Shown: positions 20,501 to 27,977 of the stretch, piece after piece | Numbering within the stretch: the stretch's first letter is position 1 | Layout of the letters: the number at the start of each line of letters is the position of its first letter | Source of the DNA: Synechococcus sp. A15-24 | GTDB lineage: Bacteria; Cyanobacteriota; Cyanobacteriia; PCC-6307; Cyanobiaceae | DNA length: 32,000 nt | NCBI RefSeq assembly: GCF_014280195.1 | Contig: NZ_CP047960.1 | Span: 1,860,001-1,892,000, forward strand | Direction: 5' to 3' | Position numbers and translations under genes: made by a program | The notes under the pieces: model-generated | What the model was told of the DNA's origin: nothing | Database searches by the model: none | Seen by the model: only the letters and a program-made list of their open reading frames with translations

Positions 20501-20675
20501 AGCAGTCACCTCCCTGGCCGGCTTTCTACCGCTGCTGCTGGCCCAGGGCAGCGGTTCCGCCAGCCGGATCAGCATTGGCACGGTGGTGTTCAGCGGCCTG
20601 CTGGTCTCCTCTTGGCTGTCCTTGTTTGTGGTGCCGACGGTGTATTTGTTGCTGAAACGCTGGCGTCCGGCATGA
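17565..20675 (+). CDS. RND (AcrB/HAE1-type) efflux transporter, 1036 aa
   Basis: GTG start. N-terminus FLRRPVFTIVCSLLILLAGLVAL. 12-TM, two-large-loop architecture and length typical of AcrB. C-terminal ...NGILIVEFANQ...AVNRMRPILLTAVTSLAGFLPL. Confidence 0.93.
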   Translation: MRSLSQPFLRRPVFTIVCSLLILLAGLVALTGLGLEDLPQLAPTRVSVGATFPAASPEVVEQSVTAVLEQQLNGLEGLDSISSNSRQGGASISLRFSEGDPELNAIKVQNEVNLATRRLPQAVSRQGLRVRRSSDDLLMILGFSHPPDQYVPTFLAGWLDQSLRESLLTTPGVGDVLVFGSSDLSYRLWLDPDRLEQANLTISDVSRALAEQNVLAAIGSLGASPAPDGQLISLPVDAEGRLLTQKDFENLILRRLDNGGLLRLKDVGRVELGQRSYGSQAMNLEGQRSVAVGLYQRDGANALEVSRAVKAELKRLEPSFPPGVETSMIVDVADNVQANLDRTIATLRDAVLLVLVVLVLFLGRWRLALIPGLAVPVALVGSLVLVKLSGSNLNSLILFGMVMATGIVVDDAIVVSEDIAGRIERGDAPKAAAEDAMAELAGAVVATSLVLAAVFVPVLLIPGSVGRLYQPIALAISGAILFSTLNALSFTPMACARVLDSGEGRLPGPLRRLSRGLRQGMSDLQRRYANLLERWLKRAPLVLGLLLTGLLITGAGLRAIPTAFIPNEDQSQIRGYFTLPEGASLERTVAVMDRIRAVVAEEPLIRTGNFYAGRSFGQSGEDRGSFYLRLQPLEQRSGRDQSSDAVKRRLNRAIRSQIGDARVVVTTPPTVRGFSSESGLRLELLDRSGGQLNLQEFEALAQRFINTAQASNRFERVSTRFDASSPRWRLSLDRDLLAGLDLDLNTTLRDIGTAIGGRYIDDTYEGGRIRSIYLQLDGERRAGPEDLSGLMVRNRSGELVSLENVATLTRTEGANSIRHYGLNRAITVTAVPAPGVSSGQAIQQLKAAGDAVGGNNIGLTFTGLALEEQKAARSTWVLFSLGVVVVYLLLAALYESFVDPLIILLTVPIALMGALIGLKLRGLPLDVYGQMGLLVLVSLAAKNGILIVEFANQRLNAGMNLREAILGAAVNRMRPILLTAVTSLAGFLPLLLAQGSGSASRISIGTVVFSGLLVSSWLSLFVVPTVYLLLKRWRPA

Positions 20676-21517
20676 CCTCAACACCTCCTGCGGATGCGGT
20701 CCGCCGTCGGTTGATCCTGCACGCCGGCACCCACAAGACCGCCTCAACGGACATCCAATCGAGGCTGCTGCGCAGCCGGGCGTTGCTGGAGCAACAGCAC
20801 ATTCAGTACCGGTTTCCCCTGGCAGAGATTCCTGATTTCAAACCCCTCATCAAAGCGATCACGCGAGGGGATTGGAGCCTGTGGCGTGACTATCTGGAGG
20901 CCATGGCCCGTCACGATGGCGATGTGCTGCTGAGTGCTGAACAGTTCGCCCCTCGCCTCACGCAACGAACGACGCTCCGCCAGCTGAGGCGTTTAGCCCG
21001 GGAGAACGGCTATGAGCTGACGGTTGTGATTTTCATCCGATCACAGCTCGATTACATCAACTCCCGTTATGCCTACACGCTGAAGCGTTTTTATCACACA
21101 ACAACATTCAATGAGTATGTGGAGGAAGTGTTGGCGGGCCGTTTGCCCTCCAGCGGAACATTCACGGGGCCCAATGCCAAACGCAGTGATGTGTTCGACT
21201 TCTGGAGTTATTTCTCTGCCCTGCTGAATGAACGAAAGCGGGGACTGGATGTGCGCTTCATTCCCTTTCGCCAGACGGAGCAAGACCCGCTGCGACAACT
21301 GCTGAGGACCCTTGATCTCAATCCGGATCTGAACTGGGCCGCCAGCCGTTCAGAGGACCTCAATGCAAGTCCGGGCCCTCGCGCCACCTGGTTGGCACGC
21401 CAAGTGGGGCTGCGCCTGGCCCGCCATGGCATCAGCCATCGGGTCATCGAGAATTCCTCTGCGATCGTTCCGCGGGAGCAGAGCTTCCGTCGTTGGAACG
21501 ATGGCAATTACTGGTGA
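20672..21517 (+). CDS. Sulfotransferase-fold-like P-loop protein, N-terminal 281 aa up to an in-frame TGA
   Basis: ATG 20672-20674 overlaps the RND stop TGA 20673-20675. LILHAGTHKTASTDIQ resembles the 5'-PSB loop and VVIFIRSQLDYINSRY resembles the 3'-PB element. The family assignment is from memory of motif patterns only. Confidence 0.55.
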   Translation: MTSTPPADAVRRRLILHAGTHKTASTDIQSRLLRSRALLEQQHIQYRFPLAEIPDFKPLIKAITRGDWSLWRDYLEAMARHDGDVLLSAEQFAPRLTQRTTLRQLRRLARENGYELTVVIFIRSQLDYINSRYAYTLKRFYHTTTFNEYVEEVLAGRLPSSGTFTGPNAKRSDVFDFWSYFSALLNERKRGLDVRFIPFRQTEQDPLRQLLRTLDLNPDLNWAASRSEDLNASPGPRATWLARQVGLRLARHGISHRVIENSSAIVPREQSFRRWNDGNYW

Positions 21518-21541
21518 TTCGACAGGGATCTCGCCAGGGTC

Positions 21542-21808
21542 GTGCGACGGCATTTCAAGGACAACAACAACCGCTTTGCCGAAGCGGTCTGGGGACGGCG
21601 CTGGAAGGAGGTGTTCGTTCAGGACAAGACCCTGCTGCAACGCCCGCAAGCGGTGTACGCACCGGAGAGTGCGAGCGAAATGGTAGCGATGCAACGCATC
21701 GCTGATCATGTGCTGCTGCGCATCCAGCGACGGCTGCAACCCAGGGCGTTTCACCGATTGCGGGAAGCCGTGGAGCGATTGGGTTCAACCCTGCCGGGAA
21801 CGATTTAA
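21542..21808 (+). CDS. In-frame continuation of the preceding ORF after TGA 21515-21517 (88 aa from GTG 21542); probably the C-terminal part of a split or pseudogenised gene
   Basis: Same reading frame as 20672 (870 nt apart). The 8 codons between the TGA and the GTG are open. The sequence is protein-like: RRHFKDNNNRFAEAVWGRRWKEVF... Confidence 0.45.
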   Translation: MRRHFKDNNNRFAEAVWGRRWKEVFVQDKTLLQRPQAVYAPESASEMVAMQRIADHVLLRIQRRLQPRAFHRLREAVERLGSTLPGTI

Positions 21809-22149
21809 AAACTGTGGCGGGTCCCGGGATCAGCCCAGAACACCTTGAGTGTGAGCTCTGGTGTTGTGAATTGGATCCCAGCCTCGTCATTGAAGCGCTG
21901 ATAAGTGACGTTCTGCTTGGACGCTGGAAAGACAAATTGCAGTCCACCAGGCAAACCAGGGTTCATCACCACGTGAACGTTGCCTTGGGACTGGCTGAAC
22001 TGACAATTGGCAGCGCTATTGGTCCGCTTCATCACCGGAGACTTCACGTGCAGATGGCAATGCACGCGAGCGGTATCGGCATCAACAGGAGGCGCAGTTC
22101 CTAGGAAAAGGGAGCAAACCGTGCCCACAAGCAGCTTGTTTGCGCTCAT
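21805..22149 (-). CDS. Small secreted protein of unknown function (114 aa, signal peptide, 3 Cys)
   Basis: ATG at 22149 gives MSANKLLVGTVCSLFLGTAPPVDA|DTARVHCHLHV... It starts 3 nt after the stop of the upstream DUF3598-like gene. GC is about 52% in the lines I hand-counted. Confidence 0.55.
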   Translation of the reverse strand: MSANKLLVGTVCSLFLGTAPPVDADTARVHCHLHVKSPVMKRTNSAANCQFSQSQGNVHVVMNPGLPGGLQFVFPASKQNVTYQRFNDEAGIQFTTPELTLKVFWADPGTRHSF

Positions 22150-22152
22150 CAA

Positions 22153-22893
22153 TTAACGCTGCAACAGAACATTGCGGCTGGCGATCCAACTGCCGAACGC
22201 GTCATAGCAGCGCTGAATACGCTCCAACCGCTCAGGACAGGGACACCACCAGGCCTCGATGGCAAAGCCGCTGCCAGCCCTGACCTGTTCGGGGGCGCGG
22301 AAGGCGCCACCATCAGGGAGCCAGCGCAGGCCTTGCACCATGTCGTTGGTGATCTGCAGTTTATGGGGCGTGATGACAGAATCGACCGCTGAGCGGTCCC
22401 GCTCCAGCAACGTCTGCTGTCCACACCAATCGCCCAGAAGCTGCTCCGCCGTCAGGGGAGGTGCTTCATGGGCATGGACACCGGCACGGTGTTCGCGAAT
22501 CAGAACCGGGTGATCAAAGCGACCGCTTCCATCCCAGAGCAACACCAGGCGATGGCGGCGATCTCGCCAGAGGAATCCGAATTCGGCATAGGGCCTGGAC
22601 CAGGAGGAGATGAACAGGGAACCCCGTGAAAAGCTGCCGCTGGAGAAGAAACCCAGCTCAGAATCCACCTGATGGAAGGACTGAGCGATCCGCTTCACCG
22701 GATCGCCCTGACGTTGGCCATCGAGAGCATCAGGCCAGAACAGCAACTCCAGCTCCACAAGGGCGTCGTCCCCCGCAAGGGTGAGTTGCGATGGCTGCCG
22801 CCGTCTCAACTCCAGACTCCGGTCCAGCGTGTCGAAGCTGCCCTGCCAGATGCCGCGGTTGAGCAAAAAGTGACTCCATTGGCGTGACGTCAC
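22153..22893 (-). CDS. DUF3598-like (lipocalin/calycin-like) protein, function unknown
   Basis: The N-terminus QWSHFLLNRGIWQGSF matches my recollection of the DUF3598 N-terminal pattern (W..F..N.G.W.GSF). I chose GTG 22893 (246 aa) because the track start TTG 22959 lies inside the psaB terminator. The start is uncertain. Confidence 0.5.
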   Translation of the reverse strand: MTSRQWSHFLLNRGIWQGSFDTLDRSLELRRRQPSQLTLAGDDALVELELLFWPDALDGQRQGDPVKRIAQSFHQVDSELGFFSSGSFSRGSLFISSWSRPYAEFGFLWRDRRHRLVLLWDGSGRFDHPVLIREHRAGVHAHEAPPLTAEQLLGDWCGQQTLLERDRSAVDSVITPHKLQITNDMVQGLRWLPDGGAFRAPEQVRAGSGFAIEAWWCPCPERLERIQRCYDAFGSWIASRNVLLQR

Positions 22894-22957
22894 AACCAGC
22901 AAGCAAAACCAGGGTCGACAACCTATCCAGCACCAGCCGATGGAGCGTGGCTGCAAC

Positions 22958-22987
22958 AAAAAACCCCGCCCGGCAAACCGGACGGGG
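22958..22987 (-). terminator. Rho-independent terminator of psaA-psaB
   Basis: The minus strand reads CCCCGTCCGG-TTTG-CCGGGCGGGG-TTTTTT. This is a 10-bp stem with one G.U pair, followed by a T6 run, 48 nt downstream of the psaB stop. Confidence 0.8.
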
Positions 22988-23034
22988 TGAATACGAGGAA
23001 CGACTCGTGAATCAGACGGTTGGACGGATATGAA

Positions 23035-25248
23035 TCAACCGAACTTGCCTGAAGTGGAGGCGATCAGGAAGGCGGCGTACGTGAGCACGTAACCAACCGA
23101 GAAGTGGGCGAGACCCACAACACGAGCCTGAACGATCGAGAGAGCCACAGGCTTGTCGCGCCAGCCCATCATGTTGGCGATGGGGCTGCGCTGATGCGCC
23201 CAGACGATGGTCTCGATCAGTTCCTGCCAGTAACCGCGCCAGGAGATCAGGAACATGAAACCGGTGGCCCACACCAGGTGACCGAACAGGAACATCCAGG
23301 CCCAGACGGCCAGGTTGTTGCTGCCGAACGGGTTGTAGCCGTTGATCAGCTGGGAGGAGTTGAGCCAGAGGTAGTCGCGGAACCAGCCCATCAGGTAGGT
23401 GCTGGATTCGTTGAACTGAGCCACGTTGCCGGACCAGATGGCCAGGTGCTTCCAGTGCCAGTAGAAGGTGACCCAACCCACGGTGTTCAGGGCCCAGAAG
23501 ACAGCCAGATAGAAGGCGTCCCAGGCTGAGATGTCGCAGGTGCCGCCACGGCCGGGGCCGTCGCAGGGGAAGGAGTAGCCGAAGTCCTTCTTGTCAGGCA
23601 TCAGCTTGGAGCCGCGAGCATCCAGGGCACCCTTCACAAGGATCAGGGTGGTGGTGTGCAGACCCAGAGCGATGGCGTGGTGGACCAGGAAGTCACCAGG
23701 GCCGATGGGCAGGAACACGTCGGTGTTGCCGTTGATGGCATCCAGCCAGTAGTGCTCGCCGGGGATGTTCTGCGCAGCGAGGCTGGCGGAACTGGAGGCA
23801 TTGGAGAGCAGCACGTCCATGCCGTACATGGCCTTACCAGAGGCGGCCTGCACGAACTGGGCGAACACGGGCTCCACCAGGATCTGCTTCTCGGGGGTAC
23901 CGAAGGAGACGACCACATCGTTGTGGACGTAGAGGCCGAGGGTGTGGAAACCGAGGAACAGGGAGACCCAGCTCAGGTGGCTGATGATCGCTTCCTTGTG
24001 CTCGAGCATCCGAGCCAGGACGTTGTCCTTGTTGGCTTCGGGGTCGTAGTCACGGATGAAGAAGATCGCACCGTGGGCAAAGGCACCGCACATCAGGGCG
24101 ATGGCGATGTACTGGTGATGGGTGTACAGGGCTGCCTGGGTCGTGTAGTCCTTCGCGATGAAGGCGTACGACGGCATCGAGTACATGTGCTGCACCACCA
24201 GGCTGGTGACCACGCCGAGGGAGGCGAGAGCCAGGCCGAGCTGGAAGTGCAGGCTGTTGTTGATCGTGTCGTAAAGACCTTTGTGGCCGGCGCCGAGGTC
24301 ACCAGGGGTGCCCTTGGGTGGGTTGTGGGTCTCGAGGATCTCCTTGATGGAGTGACCGATCCCGAAGTTGGTCCGGTACATGTGGCCGGCGATCACGAAG
24401 ATGCAACCGATGGCCAGGTGGTGGTGGGCGATGTCGGTGAGCCACAGAGCTTCGCTCTGAGGATGGAAACCGCCAAGGAAGGTGAGGATCGCAGTGCCTG
24501 CACCGTCGGCACTGCCGAAGGCCTGGTTCAGGGAATCAGGGTTCTCGGCATACACACCCCAGTTGCCGGTGAAGAAGGGTCCAAGACCGGCGGGGTGGGG
24601 CAGAACGTTGAGGAAGTTGTCCCAACCAACGTGCTGACCGCGGGCTTCGGGGATCGCAACGTGAACCAGGTGACCGGTCCAGGCGATGGAGCTGAAGCCG
24701 AACAGAACGGCGAGGTGATGGTTCAGGCGTGATTCAGCGTTCTTGAACCAGGCCAGAGAGGGGCGGAACTTGGGCTGCAGATGCAACCAACCGGCGAAGA
24801 GGGCCCAGGCCGACAGGATCATCATGAAGATGGAACCCTGATAGAGCTCGGCGTTGGTGCGCATGCCGATGGTGTACCACCAGTGGTACAGACCGGAGAA
24901 GGCGATGTTCACCGGTGAGGACGCACCCGCTTGAGTGAAGGCGTCAATGGCACCTTGACCGAAGTGGGGGTCCCAGATTGCGTGAGCGATGGGGCGCACG
25001 TGCAGGGGGTCAGCGACCCACTGCTCGAAGTTGCCCTGCCAGGCGATGTGGAACAGGTTGCCCGAAACCCACAGGCCGATGATCGCGAGGTGACCGAAAT
25101 GGGTGGAGAAGAGCTTCTGGTAGAGGCGCTCCTCCGTCATTCCGTCATGGCTCTCGAAGTCGTGAGCCGTGGCGATCCCGTACCAAATACGACGGGTTGT
25201 CGGGTCCTGAGCCAGACCCTGGCTGAACGAAGGAAATTTCGTTGCCAT
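23035..25248 (-). CDS. psaB: Photosystem I P700 apoprotein A2 (PsaB)
   Basis: 737 aa. [36 protein letters not shown]... FX-cluster loop [18 protein letters not shown]. Confidence 0.98.
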   Translation of the reverse strand: MATKFPSFSQGLAQDPTTRRIWYGIATAHDFESHDGMTEERLYQKLFSTHFGHLAIIGLWVSGNLFHIAWQGNFEQWVADPLHVRPIAHAIWDPHFGQGAIDAFTQAGASSPVNIAFSGLYHWWYTIGMRTNAELYQGSIFMMILSAWALFAGWLHLQPKFRPSLAWFKNAESRLNHHLAVLFGFSSIAWTGHLVHVAIPEARGQHVGWDNFLNVLPHPAGLGPFFTGNWGVYAENPDSLNQAFGSADGAGTAILTFLGGFHPQSEALWLTDIAHHHLAIGCIFVIAGHMYRTNFGIGHSIKEILETHNPPKGTPGDLGAGHKGLYDTINNSLHFQLGLALASLGVVTSLVVQHMYSMPSYAFIAKDYTTQAALYTHHQYIAIALMCGAFAHGAIFFIRDYDPEANKDNVLARMLEHKEAIISHLSWVSLFLGFHTLGLYVHNDVVVSFGTPEKQILVEPVFAQFVQAASGKAMYGMDVLLSNASSSASLAAQNIPGEHYWLDAINGNTDVFLPIGPGDFLVHHAIALGLHTTTLILVKGALDARGSKLMPDKKDFGYSFPCDGPGRGGTCDISAWDAFYLAVFWALNTVGWVTFYWHWKHLAIWSGNVAQFNESSTYLMGWFRDYLWLNSSQLINGYNPFGSNNLAVWAWMFLFGHLVWATGFMFLISWRGYWQELIETIVWAHQRSPIANMMGWRDKPVALSIVQARVVGLAHFSVGYVLTYAAFLIASTSGKFG

Positions 25249-25269
25249 TAGAGGGAAAGGTCAGTGAGG

Positions 25270-27573
25270 TCAGCCGACCACAAGAATGTGGGCGTGGAAG
25301 AAGGCCCACGTGGTCGCAATTCCGCCCAGCAGATAGTGGGCGACACCCACGGCACGGCCTTGGATGATGGACAGCGCACGGGGCTGGATGGCCGGAGCCA
25401 CCTTCAGCTTGTTGTGAGCCCAGACGATGGACTCGATCAGCTCCTGCCAGTAGCCGCGGCCGCTGAACAGGAACATCAGGCTGAAGGCCCAGATGAAGTG
25501 AGCACCCAGGAACATGATTCCGTAAGCACTGGTGTTCGAGCCGTAGCTGTTGATCACCTGAACGGCCTGAGCCCACAGGTAGTCACGCAGCCAACCATTG
25601 ATGGTGATGGCGCTCTGGGCAAAGTTGCCGTTGGTGATGTGCGCGACGGAACCGTCGGCGTTCACCGTTCCCCAGATGTCGCTCTGCATCTTCCATGAGA
25701 AGTGGAAGATCACGATCGACAGGGAGTTGTACATCCAGAACAGACCCAGGAACACGTGGTCCCAAGCGGACACCTGACAGGTGCCACCGCGACCGGGGCC
25801 GTCGCAGGAGAAGCGGAAGCCCAGGTTGGCCTTGTCTGGAATCAGACGGGAGCTGCGGGCGTAGAGCACACCCTTCAGCAGGATCAACACCGTCACGTGG
25901 ATCGTGAAGGCATGGATGTGGTGGACCATGAAGTCGGCAGTGCCGAGCGGCATGGGAGCCGCGGCGACCTTGCCGCCGACGGCCACAACAGAGCCGTTGA
26001 ACACTTCGCTCACACCAGCGAGGGCATTCGGAGCGGTGCTTCCGGCTGCTGCAGCGTGGGCGTTCTGGATCCACTGGGCGAAGATCGGCTGAATTGAAAT
26101 CGCCGAGTCGCTGAACATGTCCTGGGGACGCCCCAGGGCACGCATGGTGTCGTTGTGGATGTAGAGGCCGAAGCTGTGGGCTCCGAGCCAGATGCACACC
26201 CAGTTGAGGTGGCTGATGATGGCGTCCCGGGCCTTGAGCACCCGGTCCAGCACGTTGTCGATGTGCTTGGCAGGGTCGTAGTCACGCACCATGGCGATGG
26301 CCGCGTGAGCAGCGCCACCGACGATCAGGAATCCACCGATCCACATGTGGTGGGTGAACAGACCAATCTGGGTCGGGTAATCAACGGCCATGTACGCATA
26401 GGGAGGCATGGCGTACATGTGCTGAGCCACGATGATGCTCAGAGAGCCGAGCATCGCCAGGTTCAGGCCCAGCTGGGCGTGCCAGGAGGTCGTCAGGAAT
26501 TCATAGAGACCGTCGTGACCATTTGGAGCCGGGAACAGCAGGGGATCACCCTTCTGACCTTCATGGATCTCCTTGATGGAGTGACCGATACCCCAGTTCG
26601 TCCGGTACATGTGACCAGCGACGATGAACAGGACGGCGATCGCCACGTGGTGATGGGCGATGTCGGTCATCCAGAGACTGCCGGTCACAGGATTCAGTCC
26701 ACCCTTGAAGGTGAGGAAGTCGCTGTAGGCAGCCCAGTTACCGGAGAAGAAGGCTCCGATCCCTGCACCGATGCCGGGATAGAGCTGAGCCAGCAGGTCC
26801 TGGTTGAAGAACTCGTGCGGCAGGGGGATGTCCGCCACGGTGGCGATGGTCTTGCCATCGAGCACCAGTGGCTGGCCGGCGTCAATCGCATCCATCAGCT
26901 TGCTGACGGGAGCGGACACGTGGATGAGGTGGCCTGCCCAGGACAGTGAACCGAGACCCAGCAGACCTGCCAGGTGGTGGTTCAGCATTGACTCAACGTT
27001 CTGGAACCACTCCAGCTTCGGCGCAGCCTTGTGGTAGTGGAAAACACCAGCGTTGAGCATCAGGCCGGCCATCACCAGGGCACCGATGGCCAGAGCCATG
27101 AGCTGGGTTTCGCTGGTGATGCCCCATCCACGCCAGACGTGGAACAGACCTGAAGTGATCTGAATGCCTTGGAAGCCGGCACCCATATCACCATTGAGAA
27201 TTTCCTGGCCGAAGATCGGCCACACCACCTGAGCACTGGGCTTCACGTGGGTGGGATCAGCAAGCCAACCGGAATAGTTGGAGAAGCGGGCACCATGGAA
27301 GAAGGCGCCGCTCAGCCAGATAAAGATGACGGCCAGGTGGCCGAAGTGTGCGGAGAAGATCCGCCGAGAAACCTCCTGGAGGTCACTCGTGTGGGCGTCG
27401 AAGTCGTGAGCGTTGGCGTGAAGGTTCCAAACCCAGGATGTGGTTTTGGGACCCTTCGCGAGGGCGCGGTCGAAGTGTCCGGGCTTGCCGAACAGCTCGA
27501 AGGTTGCTGGATTGTCAACCTTTTCGACCTGGCTCTTCGCGTCACTCCCACGCTCAGGTGGGCTGATGGTCAT
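25270..27573 (-). CDS. psaA: Photosystem I P700 apoprotein A1 (PsaA)
   Basis: ATG at 27573 gives [59 protein letters not shown] (767 aa). FX loop [18 protein letters not shown]. The 30-codon upstream extension in the track is not PsaA-like. Confidence 0.97.
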   Translation of the reverse strand: MTISPPERGSDAKSQVEKVDNPATFELFGKPGHFDRALAKGPKTTSWVWNLHANAHDFDAHTSDLQEVSRRIFSAHFGHLAVIFIWLSGAFFHGARFSNYSGWLADPTHVKPSAQVVWPIFGQEILNGDMGAGFQGIQITSGLFHVWRGWGITSETQLMALAIGALVMAGLMLNAGVFHYHKAAPKLEWFQNVESMLNHHLAGLLGLGSLSWAGHLIHVSAPVSKLMDAIDAGQPLVLDGKTIATVADIPLPHEFFNQDLLAQLYPGIGAGIGAFFSGNWAAYSDFLTFKGGLNPVTGSLWMTDIAHHHVAIAVLFIVAGHMYRTNWGIGHSIKEIHEGQKGDPLLFPAPNGHDGLYEFLTTSWHAQLGLNLAMLGSLSIIVAQHMYAMPPYAYMAVDYPTQIGLFTHHMWIGGFLIVGGAAHAAIAMVRDYDPAKHIDNVLDRVLKARDAIISHLNWVCIWLGAHSFGLYIHNDTMRALGRPQDMFSDSAISIQPIFAQWIQNAHAAAAGSTAPNALAGVSEVFNGSVVAVGGKVAAAPMPLGTADFMVHHIHAFTIHVTVLILLKGVLYARSSRLIPDKANLGFRFSCDGPGRGGTCQVSAWDHVFLGLFWMYNSLSIVIFHFSWKMQSDIWGTVNADGSVAHITNGNFAQSAITINGWLRDYLWAQAVQVINSYGSNTSAYGIMFLGAHFIWAFSLMFLFSGRGYWQELIESIVWAHNKLKVAPAIQPRALSIIQGRAVGVAHYLLGGIATTWAFFHAHILVVG

Positions 27574-27848
27574 CGAGTCGTTCCTCGAGGGACTGGAGTC
27601 GAGGTGGAGGGCCACCCCTCCGGCGGATCGAAATCCACCGGGGCCCCGGACACAGCTCCGCAATGAAGCAGCGTCAGGGCGTCAGTGCGTTCAAAAGGCC
27701 GAAACCCCTTGACTTCACTGAAGCTGGGGCCCCAAAGAGGGGACCGCTGGCGGAAGCATAGATCTGAAGAAGGGGTTATACCGGTGTTGAGTTACAAAGG
27801 TTCAATCCCGCCCCGAGCCAGTCTGGAACTGGGGTCTCCAGAGGTGTG

Positions 27849-27877
27849 ATTATCAGCGAAAAAACAGAATCTCTCAA
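27849..27877 (-). promoter_or_regulatory. Candidate sigma70-type promoter for psaAB
   Basis: The minus strand reads TTGAGA (27877-27872), a 17-nt spacer, then GATAAT (27854-27849). This would give a 5' UTR of about 270 nt. A second weaker candidate has -10 TATAAC at 27780-27775. Sequence match only. Confidence 0.3.
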
Positions 27878-27977
27878 GAGTAAGTAATGCAAACGTCGTC
27901 ATTTTTGCGGGCAGACTAATAAAAACTGTTTTCTGCCACGCCATGGTGGGCAGAATGAGCACATCCGCTGTTCAGCC

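Noticed and set aside
21515-21560. Selenocysteine recoding of the in-frame TGA in the sulfotransferase-like gene.
   Set aside because: Only trivial 4-bp stems follow the UGA, so there is no SECIS-like hairpin at the expected spacing. The position is not an obvious redox Cys site. A mutation or read-through is the more economical explanation.
22884-22893. Perfect 10-bp palindrome GTGACGTCAC (CRE/CRP-like TGACGTCA core) at the proposed start of the DUF3598-like gene.
   Set aside because: It is a single short palindrome that does not match the cyanobacterial CRP consensus TGTGA-N6-TCACA or the NtcA consensus GTA-N8-TAC. It could easily arise by chance in coding sequence.
27574-27663. 5' extensions of track ORFs: psaA (30 codons), secY (4000-4053), rpoA (7025-7099), rpsE (2792-2836), psaL (16904-16939), psaI (16705-16779), HNH (12252-12509), DUF3598-like (22894-22959), sulfotransferase-like (20612-20671).
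   Set aside because: The extensions overlap the preceding gene or a terminator, are compositionally non-protein-like, and precede an internal start that reproduces the conserved N-terminus of the family.
27799-27830. tRNA-like T-arm string GGTTCAATCCC followed by ...GAGCCA in the psaA upstream region.
   Set aside because: I could not build a T-stem, acceptor stem or any cloverleaf around it, so it is probably coincidental. It overlaps the HLR1-like element.
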